A stretch of DNA of 64,000 nucleotides from Candidatus Limnocylindrales bacterium (GCA_035688805.1 DASSMQ010000006.1:15012-79011); one strand, 5' to 3'. Shown: positions 40,269-49,628, counted from the first letter of the stretch. The notes: generated by a model not told the origin, from the letters alone. Numbers and translations are program-made.

Positions 40269-40341
40269 GGGGCTATAGCTCAGCTGGAAGAGCACCTGCA
40301 TGGCATGCAGGGGGTCCGGGGTTCGAATCCCCGTAGCTCCA
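40269..40341 (+). tRNA. tRNA-Ala (anticodon GGC), CCA not encoded
   Basis: GGGGCTATAGCTCAGCTGGAAGAGCACCTGCATGGCATGCAGGGGGTCCGGGGTTCGAATCCCCGTAGCTCCA has the G3:U70 pair and anticodon loop ATGGCAT. Confidence 0.9.
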
Positions 40342-40426
40342 CTAGACCGACGAGACCGCCGATCCTCACCCCTCGCCGACGGCGGGGGGTGATGCGTATG
40401 GGCGGCCCGATCAGAGGCCCGCCGTC

Positions 40427-43006
40427 GTGACCGACACCGCCGACACCACCGAGACCGCAGACAGGACCCCGGGTCGAACGAGGGTCGAACGCTACGACCC
40501 GACTGCCATCGAGCCGCGCTGGCAGGCTCGCTGGGCGGAGCTCGGCCTGCATGACACTGACCTGCAGGAGACGTCCCGGCCGAAGTACTACCTGCTGACG
40601 ATGTACCCGTATCCATCCGGGGACCTGCACATCGGGCACTGGTACATCGTGACGCCGAGTGACGCGCTGGCTCGCTTCCGGCGGATGCACGGCTACAACG
40701 TGTTCTTCCCCATCGGCTTCGATGCATTCGGGTTGCCCGCGGAGAACGCCGCGATCAAGAACGGCGGCCACCCGTTCACCTGGACGATGAAGAACATCGA
40801 GAACATGCGCCGCCAGTTCCGAACGATGGGTGCGACGTTCAGCTGGAAACACGAGGTCGTCACCGCCGACCCGGCCTACTACCGCTGGAACCAGTGGCTG
40901 TTCCTGCGCTTCCTGGAGCGCGGCCTGGCCTACCGCCAGCGCTCGGCGGTCGACTGGTGCCCGAACGACGGCACGCTGGCTCGCGAGCAGGTCGAGGGGC
41001 CGGAGCGCCGATGCTGGCGCTGCGGCGAGCTGGTCGAGAAGCGCGACCTGGATCAGTGGTACCTGAAGACGACGGCCTACGCGGACGAGCTGCTGTCGTT
41101 CGACGGCATCGATTGGCCTGAGCCGATCAAGATCCAGCAGACCAACTGGATCGGTCGATCCGAGGGCGCGCAGATCGATTTCGAGACGGCCCCGACCGAT
41201 CACCACGAGGGCGGCGCGTCCATCCGCGTCTTCACGACCCGACCCGACACCCTGTTCGGCGCCACGTTCATGGTCCTGGCGCCCGAGCACCCGCTCGTGA
41301 CGGAGCTGACCGCGCCCGGGCGCCGCGCCGAGGTCGATGCGTACGTGGCCCAGGCCCGGCGCCGCACCGAGATCGATCGCTTGTCGACCGATCGCGAGAA
41401 GACCGGGGTAGCGATCGGGGCCGACGCGATCAACCCGGTCAACGGCGAGCGGATCCCGATCTTCATCGCGGACTACGTGCTGGCCGGCTACGGCACGGGC
41501 GCGATCATGGCCGTGCCCGCACATGACGAGCGCGATTTCGCGTTGGCCACGGCCTTCGGGCTGCCGATCCGGCGGGTCGTCGCGGCACCCGGTACCGAGG
41601 CCGGCGATCCGATGTCCGATGCCTATGTCGCCCATGCGGCCGACGAGCGGCTGGTCAACAGCGGTCGCTACGACGGCATGGGCGCGGACGATGGTGGGCG
41701 CGCCATCGTGGCGGCCCTGGCCGAGCGTGGCGCCGCCGAACCGACGGTCACCTACCGTCTTCGCGACTGGCTGATCAGCCGCCAGCGCTACTGGGGGACG
41801 CCGATCCCGGTCATCTACTGCGAGCGCGACGGCATCGTCCCGGTCCCGGACGAGGACCTGCCGGTCCTGTTACCCGAGACGGTCGACTACCGCGGCCGTG
41901 GCGACAATCCGCTGAACCACGATGCGGCGTTCCTGCGGGTCACGTGTCCACGCTGTGGTGAGGCGGCGCGGCGCGAGACCGACACGATGGACACCTTCGT
42001 CGACTCATCGTGGTACTGGTTCCGCTACCTGTCGCCGGACCGGACCGACGGGCCGGTGGATCGAGCCATGACCGACGCGTGGACCCCGGTCGACCAGTAC
42101 ACGGGCGGCGCCGAGCACGCCGTCATGCACCTGCTGTATGCCCGCTTCTGGACGAAGGCGATGCGGGACTGCGGCCTGATCGGCGAGGACGAGCCGTTCC
42201 GCCGGCTGTTCAACCAGGGCCAGATCCTGGGCGCCGACGGCGAGCGCATGTCGAAGTCGCGTGGCAATGTGGAGGACCCCGATGAGCTGGTCGGCCGGTT
42301 CGGGGCGGACACGGTCCGGCTGTTCCTGATGTTCATGGGTCCGTGGGACCAGGGCGGCCCGTGGAGCCCAACGGGCATCGGCGGGGTCCACCGTTTCCTG
42401 AATCGGGTCTGGACGCTGGCGCTCGATCCGCACGGACGTGAGCACGGCGACCCCGACGCTGGGCACCTGCCGGTCGGCGAATCGGCAGCGGACGCCGCGG
42501 CCGCCATCCGGGCTGCCGCGCATCGCACGCTGCGCGACGTGACCGAGGACTACGACGGGTTCCGGTTCAACACGATGGTCGCCAAGCTGATGGAGCTCGC
42601 GAACACCCTCTATCGCTATCGCGGGACCGAGGCGGCCGGCGACACCGAGTGGGACGAGGCCATCCGCTTGCTGCTGCTGATGCTGGCCCCGGCCGCACCG
42701 CACATCACCGAGGAGATCTGGTCGAGGCAGGCGACCGGCGCGGGCCGTCCCTGGACCTCGATCCACGAGGAGTCGTGGCCGATCGTCGATGAACGGGCCA
42801 TCGCCGTCTCGGTCCATGAGATCCCGGTGCAGATCAACGGCAAGCTCCGCGACCGCGTGGTCGTGGCGACCGGCGCCGACCAGGCGACGATCGAGGCCGC
42901 GGTCCTGGCCAGCCCGAAGGTCCAGGCGGCATTGGCCGGCCGGACGCCGGACCGGATCATCCACGCCGGCGGCAAGCTCGTGAACCTGGTCGTTCGCGGC
43001 GCCTGA
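40427..43006 (+). CDS. leuS: leucine--tRNA ligase
   Basis: 859 aa with a GTG start. It has the HIGH-region motif YPSGDLHIGHW, the KMSKS motif and full-length LeuS similarity. Confidence 0.97.
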   Translation: MTDTADTTETADRTPGRTRVERYDPTAIEPRWQARWAELGLHDTDLQETSRPKYYLLTMYPYPSGDLHIGHWYIVTPSDALARFRRMHGYNVFFPIGFDAFGLPAENAAIKNGGHPFTWTMKNIENMRRQFRTMGATFSWKHEVVTADPAYYRWNQWLFLRFLERGLAYRQRSAVDWCPNDGTLAREQVEGPERRCWRCGELVEKRDLDQWYLKTTAYADELLSFDGIDWPEPIKIQQTNWIGRSEGAQIDFETAPTDHHEGGASIRVFTTRPDTLFGATFMVLAPEHPLVTELTAPGRRAEVDAYVAQARRRTEIDRLSTDREKTGVAIGADAINPVNGERIPIFIADYVLAGYGTGAIMAVPAHDERDFALATAFGLPIRRVVAAPGTEAGDPMSDAYVAHAADERLVNSGRYDGMGADDGGRAIVAALAERGAAEPTVTYRLRDWLISRQRYWGTPIPVIYCERDGIVPVPDEDLPVLLPETVDYRGRGDNPLNHDAAFLRVTCPRCGEAARRETDTMDTFVDSSWYWFRYLSPDRTDGPVDRAMTDAWTPVDQYTGGAEHAVMHLLYARFWTKAMRDCGLIGEDEPFRRLFNQGQILGADGERMSKSRGNVEDPDELVGRFGADTVRLFLMFMGPWDQGGPWSPTGIGGVHRFLNRVWTLALDPHGREHGDPDAGHLPVGESAADAAAAIRAAAHRTLRDVTEDYDGFRFNTMVAKLMELANTLYRYRGTEAAGDTEWDEAIRLLLLMLAPAAPHITEEIWSRQATGAGRPWTSIHEESWPIVDERAIAVSVHEIPVQINGKLRDRVVVATGADQATIEAAVLASPKVQAALAGRTPDRIIHAGGKLVNLVVRGA

Positions 43007-43021
43007 TCTTCGGGCGTCGGG

Positions 43022-43702
43022 TCAGTCGAGCAGCGGCTCGCCGACAGCGGCGGCCGGGGCGACCGTCTTCGATCTGGCCCGATGGCGCGCCGCTTTGGCC
43101 CGATTGCCGCAGGTCGCCATGTCGCACCAGCGCCGACGCACCGTCCGCGAGGTGTCGTAGAAGACCCATCGGCAGCGGTCGTTGTCGCACACCTTGATGC
43201 GCTCTGGCTGACCGGCCGTCAGCTCCGTCACGAGGGGGTCGCACAGCCGGGCAAGGGCGTCATCGACCGGGTCCCCGACATGGCGGTGATCGACCGCGAC
43301 GCAGCCGTCGGACGAGGGCACGAGCTCGATGACCTGGCGGGCGTGCAGGGCCCGATTGACCGTATCGAGCGCCCCTTCACGCGGGGGTCGATGGTCGACG
43401 ATGGCGTCGGCCACTTCGCGGAGGGCGCCCCGGACCGAATGGATCCGGGCGAGATCACGGGTCGCCCCGCCCGGGTCGACGTCGGCCTGCACGCGCAGGC
43501 GATCAGCGCCCTCGCCGTGGATCACGCCGCGCTCCACGAACCAGGTCAAGGCCGCGTCGAGGGTCGGTAATCCCTCGACCGGGAGACCGTTCTCGAGGTC
43601 GTCGGTGTTCAGGAAATCGAAGGTGTCCTCGATCCGCACCTCATGGGCGTGGTGACCGCGGTCGGGATACAGGATGGTCGGCGTCGTCATGTCGATAACC
43701 AC
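43022..43702 (-). CDS. CGNR zinc-finger domain protein (ABATE N-domain plus C-terminal CGNR; putative regulator)
   Basis: The C-terminus reads RIKVCDNDRCRWVFYDTSRTVRRRWCDMATCGNRAKAARHR. It has a GTG start. Confidence 0.8.
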   Translation of the reverse strand: MVIDMTTPTILYPDRGHHAHEVRIEDTFDFLNTDDLENGLPVEGLPTLDAALTWFVERGVIHGEGADRLRVQADVDPGGATRDLARIHSVRGALREVADAIVDHRPPREGALDTVNRALHARQVIELVPSSDGCVAVDHRHVGDPVDDALARLCDPLVTELTAGQPERIKVCDNDRCRWVFYDTSRTVRRRWCDMATCGNRAKAARHRARSKTVAPAAAVGEPLLD

Positions 43703-43712
43703 TTTAGACCTG

Positions 43713-43741
43713 TTGACAGGTTACGCGCAAGAGGGTACAGT
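43713..43741 (+). promoter_or_regulatory. sigma70-type promoter (TTGACA-17 nt-TACAGT) driving the small-peptide/lectin locus; it overlaps the CGNR gene's 5' end
   Basis: This is a near-consensus -35/-10 with 17-nt spacing in a locally AT-rich stretch. A 10-bp direct repeat GACAGGTTAC occurs at 43715 and at 43768. Confidence 0.5.
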
Positions 43742-43798
43742 TCACGAGTAACCGATAAGACACCAAAGACAGGTTACAAGACTCACAGGAGGCCGACC

Positions 43799-43915
43799 AT
43801 GGAAACCATCATCTTGCTCCTGGTCATGGTCATCGGTTTCGCCACCCTCGGCCTGGCCTCCATCCGATTCGGAACGGACTCCCGGGACCGATTGCCCGAC
43901 AGCCACGTCCGTTGA
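43799..43915 (+). CDS. 38-aa single-TM peptide
   Basis: An AGGAGG RBS sits 6 nt before the ATG. It encodes METIILLLVMVIGFATLGLASIRFGTDSRDRLPDSHVR. Confidence 0.5.
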   Translation: METIILLLVMVIGFATLGLASIRFGTDSRDRLPDSHVR

Positions 43916-43941
43916 GTCGATCACCAACCCCGGAGGTTCCT

Positions 43942-44178
43942 GTGCATTCCTATTACGCCCTTCTCGCCCTTGATCTCGCGAACGATCGCGTGCAGGCGGC
44001 CGAGCACGAGCGGCTGGCCTCGCTGGCCCGCTCCGGTCGTCCGGCTCGACCCTCGATCGTGCGACGCGGCCTGGCGCATGGCACGGCTGCGATCAGCCGC
44101 ACCGCCGCGGCTGCGACCCGTCGACTCGACGATTGCGTCGCGGACGATCTCGGTCGGAGCCTGGCCCTAGCGGACTAG
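43942..44178 (+). CDS. hypothetical 78-aa protein
   Basis: A GGAGG RBS sits 6 nt before a GTG. It is in frame with ORF 43912..44178, which overlaps the peptide's stop. It encodes VHSYYALLALDLANDRVQAAEHERLASLARSG... Confidence 0.4.
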   Translation: MHSYYALLALDLANDRVQAAEHERLASLARSGRPARPSIVRRGLAHGTAAISRTAAAATRRLDDCVADDLGRSLALAD

Positions 44179-44270
44179 CCTCTCCGCCGAACCGACGAAC
44201 GACCGAGCGCCTGCCCTTCCGGCAGGCGCTCTTCGATTCCCGGTGCCGCGACACGCTAGGCTGGTCGACC

Positions 44271-44684
44271 ATGACCACTGACCTCCGCTCCCCGTCGACG
44301 TGCGCGGTGTCGTGGGGCCCGCACCGGATCGACCTCTTCACCGTCAGCGACGACCGCCACCTCGTCCATCGAGCCTTCCGGGACGGTCAGTGGTCAGAGG
44401 AGACGGACCTCGGCGGGCGGTTGGCGTCGGCGCCCGCCGCGACGGCCTGGGCCGTCGACCAGCTCGAAGTCTTCGCGATCCTCGACGACGGCCAGCTCTG
44501 GAACCGGTTCTGGGACGGGACGTCATGGCACGACTGGGAATCGATGGGCGGGGAGTTGACCGGGACGCCGACGGCGTCGTCCTGGGGTGCGGACCGGATC
44601 GACGTGTTTGCCCCGGGCCGGGACGGACGGGTGTGGCATCGCTGGTGGGACGGCGTTCGCTGGGTCGATTGGGAGCAGCTCTGA
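44271..44684 (+). CDS. three-repeat AAL/RSL-type fucose-lectin-like (tectonin-like beta-propeller blade) protein
   Basis: 137 aa with three ~45-aa repeats: WGPHRIDLFTVSDDRHLVHRAFRDGQW, WAVDQLEVFAILDDGQLWNRFWDGTSW and WGADRIDVFAPGRDGRVWHRWWDGVRW. Confidence 0.6.
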   Translation: MTTDLRSPSTCAVSWGPHRIDLFTVSDDRHLVHRAFRDGQWSEETDLGGRLASAPAATAWAVDQLEVFAILDDGQLWNRFWDGTSWHDWESMGGELTGTPTASSWGADRIDVFAPGRDGRVWHRWWDGVRWVDWEQL

Positions 44685-44765
44685 TCTCCCGCGCCGATGG
44701 CGCCAGATAAGTCGCAGCTAAGCGCTCGTCCGTAAGGTCCGCCCAGACGTCTCGCCGCGTCGGAA

Positions 44766-45569
44766 GTGCCCCCGACCTTGGCGAGACGTCAGACTCCCTG
44801 GCGCTCCCGGGTCGGTCCGCCCGCCGCGGAGGCGTCCTTGGAACCGACCGCGAGCCCACCTTGGCGCGTGCTCGACACGACGCCTGTCGACACCACGCCA
44901 GGGAGCACGCCCACCGCCACGTCCGGTGATCCGGCACGTCCCTCCGGTGCGATCGCCGTCAGGGTCGGCATCATCGCCGCGGCCACGATCGCGATCGCGG
45001 CCATCGCGATCGTGCTGGCCGGCACGACCGATGGGGGGACGGTCCGGGTCGATGGCGACTCGGTCGGTGGCACCGAAGCCACGGCGGATCTCGGGCAGCC
45101 GGGCTCGAGCGGCGCGAACCTGTCCAACGCCCTGGTCGTCGAGATCGTGGGGGCGGTGGCCAAGCCCGGTGTCTATCGCCTGGAGCGTGGGGCCCGCGTC
45201 GGCGACCTGCTCCGCGCCGCCGGCGGATACGGCCCGCGGGTCGATACCGCGCGGTTGGCGTCGGAACTCAACCTCGCGGCCGAACTGACCGACGGCGGCC
45301 ACATCCGCATCCCGTCCCGAGACGATCCCGCAGGAACGGCTGGGCCCCATGACGCGTCCGGCGGCGCATCGGCCGGCGCACTCGTCGACCTGAACCGGGC
45401 GACCCAGGCCGGATTGGAGGCACTCCCTGGGGTCGGGCCGGCGACGGCGACCAAGATCATCACCGCCCGCGAGGAAGCACCGTTCACGTCCGTCGACGAA
45501 CTGCGGTCGCGCGGCATCCTGGGCGAGAAGACGTTCGCCAAGCTGCGCGACCTGGTCACCGCGGGTTGA
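44766..45569 (+). CDS. comEA: competence protein ComEA (SLBB domain plus helix-hairpin-helix)
   Basis: It has a TM anchor, then SLBB (VVEIVGAVAKPGVYRLERGARVGDLL) and HhH (LNRATQAGLEALPGVGPATATKII) domains. Confidence 0.8.
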   Translation: MPPTLARRQTPWRSRVGPPAAEASLEPTASPPWRVLDTTPVDTTPGSTPTATSGDPARPSGAIAVRVGIIAAATIAIAAIAIVLAGTTDGGTVRVDGDSVGGTEATADLGQPGSSGANLSNALVVEIVGAVAKPGVYRLERGARVGDLLRAAGGYGPRVDTARLASELNLAAELTDGGHIRIPSRDDPAGTAGPHDASGGASAGALVDLNRATQAGLEALPGVGPATATKIITAREEAPFTSVDELRSRGILGEKTFAKLRDLVTAG

Positions 45570-48331
45570 TGCCACGCAGCGGCTGGCTGGCGATCGGGGC
45601 GGTCGCAGCGGCGCTCGCGGTCCTGCAGCACGATGCGCGACTCATCTGGGCGGCGGTCGCCGGCGCGGTCGTCGCTGGCGCCATCGCGGTCGGCTGGTTC
45701 CGGTCGGGTCGAGCGCCGCTCGCGGCCATCGCGGTCGGCAGCTCGCTGATCGTCCTCCGGGCGACCGTCGTCGCCCCGCCGCCGGCGCCAGATGGTGCGC
45801 CCGAGGGCGCGGGGCCGTGGACGATGGTCGTGGAGTCCGTATCGTCACCGCGCGACGGCGACCAGGTCGCCACGTTGCGGACGGTCGAGGGCAGGACCGA
45901 CGGGTTTCGTCTCGCGGCCACGCTGCCCAGGTACCCGCCAGTCGAACCGGGCGACATCGTCGACGTCGAGGGCCATGCTCGAGCGAGGCCCGACAGTGCG
46001 TTCGGGCGGTACCTGGAGCGGCTCGGAGCCTGGGGAACCCTCGATGCGCGTGGACTCAGGGTCCACGATCGGCCGGTCGATGCGGGGCGGGTCCTCGAGG
46101 CGGCGCGGCGTGATGCTGGCGATGCCCTGACCCGCGTCCTTCCCGAGCCCGAGGCCGGTCTGGCGGCCGGCATCCTCATCGGCCTGCGCGACCGGGTCGA
46201 CCGCGCGGTCGCCTCCGCCTTCACGACGGCGGGCGTGAGTCACGTCGTCGCCATCTCAGGCTGGAACATCGCCATCGTGGCGGCAGCCATCGCGGCCGTG
46301 TCCGGGCGCATCGGGCGACGACGACGAGCCATCGTGACCAGCCTGGCCATCGTCGCCTACATCGTGTTCGCCGGCGCCTCGCCCTCGGTGTTGCGTGCGG
46401 GTGCGATGGCCGGGGTCGTCCTCGTTGCGCGGGAGAGCGGGCGGGCGAGTCGGGCCGCGGCCGCCCTCGGCTGGGCCGTCGTCCTGCTCCTGTTGGCCGA
46501 TCCGTCGCTGGTCGGCGACGCTGGCTTCCAGCTGTCGAGTCTGGCTACAGCTGGGCTGATCGCGTGGGCGACACCGCTGTCCGAGCGGCTGGGATCGCTC
46601 GGCGGCGGCCGGATGCCGCGCTGGCTGGCCGAGAGCCTCGGGGTCTCACTCGCGGCCCAGGTCGCGACGCTGCCGCTGGTGCTGGCGGCGTTCGGCCGGC
46701 TCGCGATCATCGCGCCCGCGGTCAACCTCGCGGTCGTGCCCTTGGTCGCGCCCGCCATGGCGGCTGGGGTCGTGGCGCTGGCCGGCGGGATCCTCGTTGG
46801 CCTCGGTGCGCCGGGTGCGGTGGGGTCGATGCTTGCGGCGCCAGCGTGGGTCGCGCTGCGGCTGATCATCGCCGTGGTCGACGCGGCAGCGGCGGTCCCA
46901 TTCGCGAGCATCGCCGTGGGCCCGTCTCTCGGCACCACCTCCGGCCTCGCCTGCGCTGGCGTCGTCGGCCTGGCGATGGCCTGGCGGCGTCACCGGAGTG
47001 CGCAGCCATCTCGCCCAGCCCAGCCGACGACGAAAGCCGCCGCCTCGACCGCCGCCCGACCGGCGCGGAGGGCCACCACGCCGATGCCGCTGCGGCTCGC
47101 GACGATCGGCCTGGTCACGACCCTGGTGGTCGCCGGAGCGGTCGTCGTCACCCGGCGCGAGGCCGTCGCGCGAGTCACGGTGCTCGATGTCGGGCAGGGC
47201 GACGCGATCCTTGTCGAGGGCTCGCGTGGGGGACGCGTGCTGGTCGACGGTGGGCCGGATCCCGACCGGCTGCTCATCGAGCTCGATCGGCGCCTGCCGC
47301 CATGGGACCGTAGGATCGACCTGGTAGTCCTGTCCCATCCCCACGAGGATCACGTCGCCGGCCTGGCCATGCTGCTGGGTCGATATCGCATCGGCCGCGT
47401 CCTCGAGCCCGGGATGCGCGGCCCGGGACCGGGGTACACGGCCTGGTCCCGGGCGCTCGCCAGGGTCGGTGCGCCCCATCGGGGCTCGGTCTTCGCCGGC
47501 GATCGACTGCGCGTCGATGAGGTCGATCTCCGTGTCCTGTGGCCGATCCGTGGCCAGGTCCCGGCCGAACCACCCGATACGGGCACGGGCATCAACAACG
47601 TCTCGATCGTGCTCCTCGGTACGGTAGCCGGCCGGCGATTCCTGCTGGCCGGTGACGTCGAACAGGACATCGACCCGCGGCTGCTGGCCGAGGGCCTCCC
47701 CCACGTCGACCTGCTGAAGGTCGCCCACCACGGCAGTCGGACCGCCACGACCGAGCCGTTCGTCGAAGCGGTCCGGCCTCGGGTCGCGATCGCCTCCGCG
47801 GGCACGGGCAACCCGTACGGTCACCCGGCGCGGTCGACGCTCGATCGGCTGGCGGCGGCCGGCGCGCGTGTCTACCGGACCGACCGCGACGGATCGGTGG
47901 CGGTCACTTTCGATGCGGGCGGGATGCGTGTTCGAACCGAGTCGGATCGCCCCGCCCAGCGACCCCCAGCGCCGACGCCGGGGCCGCGCGTGCTCCTCGC
48001 GACGTCGATCGGTCCGCGGCGGTCGTTCGCGTGCGCGATCCCCGTGGTCCCCGATGCGGCCCAGGCGTCCGAGCCGGCGCCGATCCCACCGCGCCCGACC
48101 ACGGCAGGGCCCCCGCCGGTCGGCCCCGGGCCCTCCGTCAGCCTCTTGTACCATCGGCCCGATGACCGGCCGCCCCGACCGCCCGCTCAGCCCGTTGCTG
48201 TATGTCTGGGGCGACGACGAGCTGACCGCCGAGCGAACGGTCGGCCGGTTCGCGGTCGCCATGGCCGATGCCGCCGGCGGCCCGCTCGAGCGGTGGGATC
48301 TCCGGTCGCAGCTGGCGACCGCGACGGCTGA
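45569..48331 (+). CDS. comEC: DNA internalisation competence protein ComEC/Rec2 (DUF4131, competence domain, MBL domain). The 3' end is uncertain because the last ~170 nt overlap holA.
   Basis: It is multi-TM and has the metallo-beta-lactamase motif LVLSHPHEDHVAGL. The ATG overlaps the comEA stop. Confidence 0.85.
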   Translation: MPRSGWLAIGAVAAALAVLQHDARLIWAAVAGAVVAGAIAVGWFRSGRAPLAAIAVGSSLIVLRATVVAPPPAPDGAPEGAGPWTMVVESVSSPRDGDQVATLRTVEGRTDGFRLAATLPRYPPVEPGDIVDVEGHARARPDSAFGRYLERLGAWGTLDARGLRVHDRPVDAGRVLEAARRDAGDALTRVLPEPEAGLAAGILIGLRDRVDRAVASAFTTAGVSHVVAISGWNIAIVAAAIAAVSGRIGRRRRAIVTSLAIVAYIVFAGASPSVLRAGAMAGVVLVARESGRASRAAAALGWAVVLLLLADPSLVGDAGFQLSSLATAGLIAWATPLSERLGSLGGGRMPRWLAESLGVSLAAQVATLPLVLAAFGRLAIIAPAVNLAVVPLVAPAMAAGVVALAGGILVGLGAPGAVGSMLAAPAWVALRLIIAVVDAAAAVPFASIAVGPSLGTTSGLACAGVVGLAMAWRRHRSAQPSRPAQPTTKAAASTAARPARRATTPMPLRLATIGLVTTLVVAGAVVVTRREAVARVTVLDVGQGDAILVEGSRGGRVLVDGGPDPDRLLIELDRRLPPWDRRIDLVVLSHPHEDHVAGLAMLLGRYRIGRVLEPGMRGPGPGYTAWSRALARVGAPHRGSVFAGDRLRVDEVDLRVLWPIRGQVPAEPPDTGTGINNVSIVLLGTVAGRRFLLAGDVEQDIDPRLLAEGLPHVDLLKVAHHGSRTATTEPFVEAVRPRVAIASAGTGNPYGHPARSTLDRLAAAGARVYRTDRDGSVAVTFDAGGMRVRTESDRPAQRPPAPTPGPRVLLATSIGPRRSFACAIPVVPDAAQASEPAPIPPRPTTAGPPPVGPGPSVSLLYHRPDDRPPRPPAQPVAVCLGRRRADRRANGRPVRGRHGRCRRRPARAVGSPVAAGDRDG

Positions 48332-49277
48332 CGCGGCCCAGCTCTACGAGCGGCTCGCCACGCCGGCGATGTTCGGCGGCGGGACCCTCGCGGTCGTGAC
48401 CGAGCCGTGGGCCCTGGTGCGGCGCAACGACACCCGCGATCGGGTCGTCGACGCCATCGCTCTCATCGCCATGGGCAACGCGCTTGCCGTCGTGGAGTCG
48501 GCGAAACCCGGCGCCAAGGGTCCGGCCGTCAAGCGGCTGGCGGAGGCGATCGCGGCGGCTGGCGGCCAGGTCCGCGGAGCCGCCGGGCCGCGCCCGACCG
48601 CGCTGGCGGCCTGGATCGCCGACGAGGCTCGCGATCGCGGCCTGCGGCTCGCCACGGGCGCCGCTCGCGAGCTCGCGGATCGGCTGGGCGCACGGGTGAC
48701 CGAAGGCGACGTGGACCGTCGCTTCCTGAGTCGCGTCGCGGCGGGGGAGCTCGACAAGCTCGCCCTTCGCCATGGCGTGGATGGTGAGGCGATCACGGCC
48801 GACGATGTGCGGGCCCTGGTGGCCGAGACCGCGCCGTCATCCATGTGGGCGATCACCGACGCGATCGCGGAGCGTCGGGTCGACGCGGCATCGACTGCTC
48901 TCGATCATGCCCTGGATACGACGCCCGAGCCCGTCATCCTGGCGGTCATCCATCGACGCCTGGTCGAGCTCATCGGGCTCGCCGATCGGCTGGCAGCCGG
49001 CGCGACGCTGCCGGATGCGGCTCGCGCGATCGGCGTGACCAACGAGTTCCGGGCGAAGACCCTGGCCGGACAGGCGCGACGGTGGACGGTCGACGAGTTG
49101 GCCGGCGCCCTGACCGGCTTGCTCGAACTCGATGCGATGGTCAAAGGCGTCGCAGGCTCGGAACTCGACCCGGCGCAGCGGCGCCTGGCGTTCCTGCTGT
49201 GGGTCGGCGACCACGCCACGTCGTCGGGGCGTCCACCGGTCGCCATGGGACCGGGACGGCGGGTCGGCCCCGGCTGA
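48162..49277 (+). CDS. holA: DNA polymerase III subunit delta
   Basis: ORF 47868..49277 is trimmed to the Met of MTGRPDRPLSPLLYVWGDDE. The HolA N-terminal fold is present, and the comEA-comEC-holA order is conserved. Confidence 0.78.
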   Translation: MTGRPDRPLSPLLYVWGDDELTAERTVGRFAVAMADAAGGPLERWDLRSQLATATADAAQLYERLATPAMFGGGTLAVVTEPWALVRRNDTRDRVVDAIALIAMGNALAVVESAKPGAKGPAVKRLAEAIAAAGGQVRGAAGPRPTALAAWIADEARDRGLRLATGAARELADRLGARVTEGDVDRRFLSRVAAGELDKLALRHGVDGEAITADDVRALVAETAPSSMWAITDAIAERRVDAASTALDHALDTTPEPVILAVIHRRLVELIGLADRLAAGATLPDAARAIGVTNEFRAKTLAGQARRWTVDELAGALTGLLELDAMVKGVAGSELDPAQRRLAFLLWVGDHATSSGRPPVAMGPGRRVGPG

Positions 49278-49306
49278 CCCCGGGACCGACGACCGCGCTC
49301 AGACCG

Positions 49307-49561
49307 TCAGTCGGCGGACGACCAGGCCTGTTCCTGGACGACGAGATCGCTCTCGATGGCGAAGACGCAGCGGCCCTCGCCGAGATCGAGCAACTCGATC
49401 AGATCAGGGTCGATGTACAACTGCGAGCAGTCCTCGCACAGGCCGCCCGGGATGCCGAAGCACAGCCGCTCGCTCCGGTCGGGCAACCGGAACGTCGTGT
49501 CGAACCGGGTCGTGATGAGCCGGTGACCGCAGGCGGGGCAGCGATCGTGCGAGGTGGACAT
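49307..49561 (-). CDS. hypothetical zinc-ribbon protein (CPACG...CEDC)
   Basis: ORF 84 aa, immediately downstream of rsfS. Confidence 0.4.
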   Translation of the reverse strand: MSTSHDRCPACGHRLITTRFDTTFRLPDRSERLCFGIPGGLCEDCSQLYIDPDLIELLDLGEGRCVFAIESDLVVQEQAWSSAD

Positions 49562-49628
49562 GCCGCGATGCTGTCATCAGCATCCCGAGGCACCCATGAC
49601 CCGTCCGTACCCCGCGCTCTGGTACGCC

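Noticed and set aside
43643-43798. 90-aa version of the small-peptide ORF starting inside the CGNR gene
   Set aside because: It overlaps the divergent CGNR gene and the promoter. The AGGAGG RBS and the hydrophobic peptide begin at 43799.
44741-44792. Inverted repeat gacgtctcgcc-N23-ggcgagacgtc downstream of the lectin gene
   Set aside because: It could be a terminator or a comEA regulatory hairpin, but the loop is long (23 nt) and it overlaps the comEA start. It is too ambiguous to call.
44718-45575. 285-aa minus-strand ORF
   Set aside because: It is antisense to comEA, which has clear SLBB and HhH domains, and it is low-complexity.
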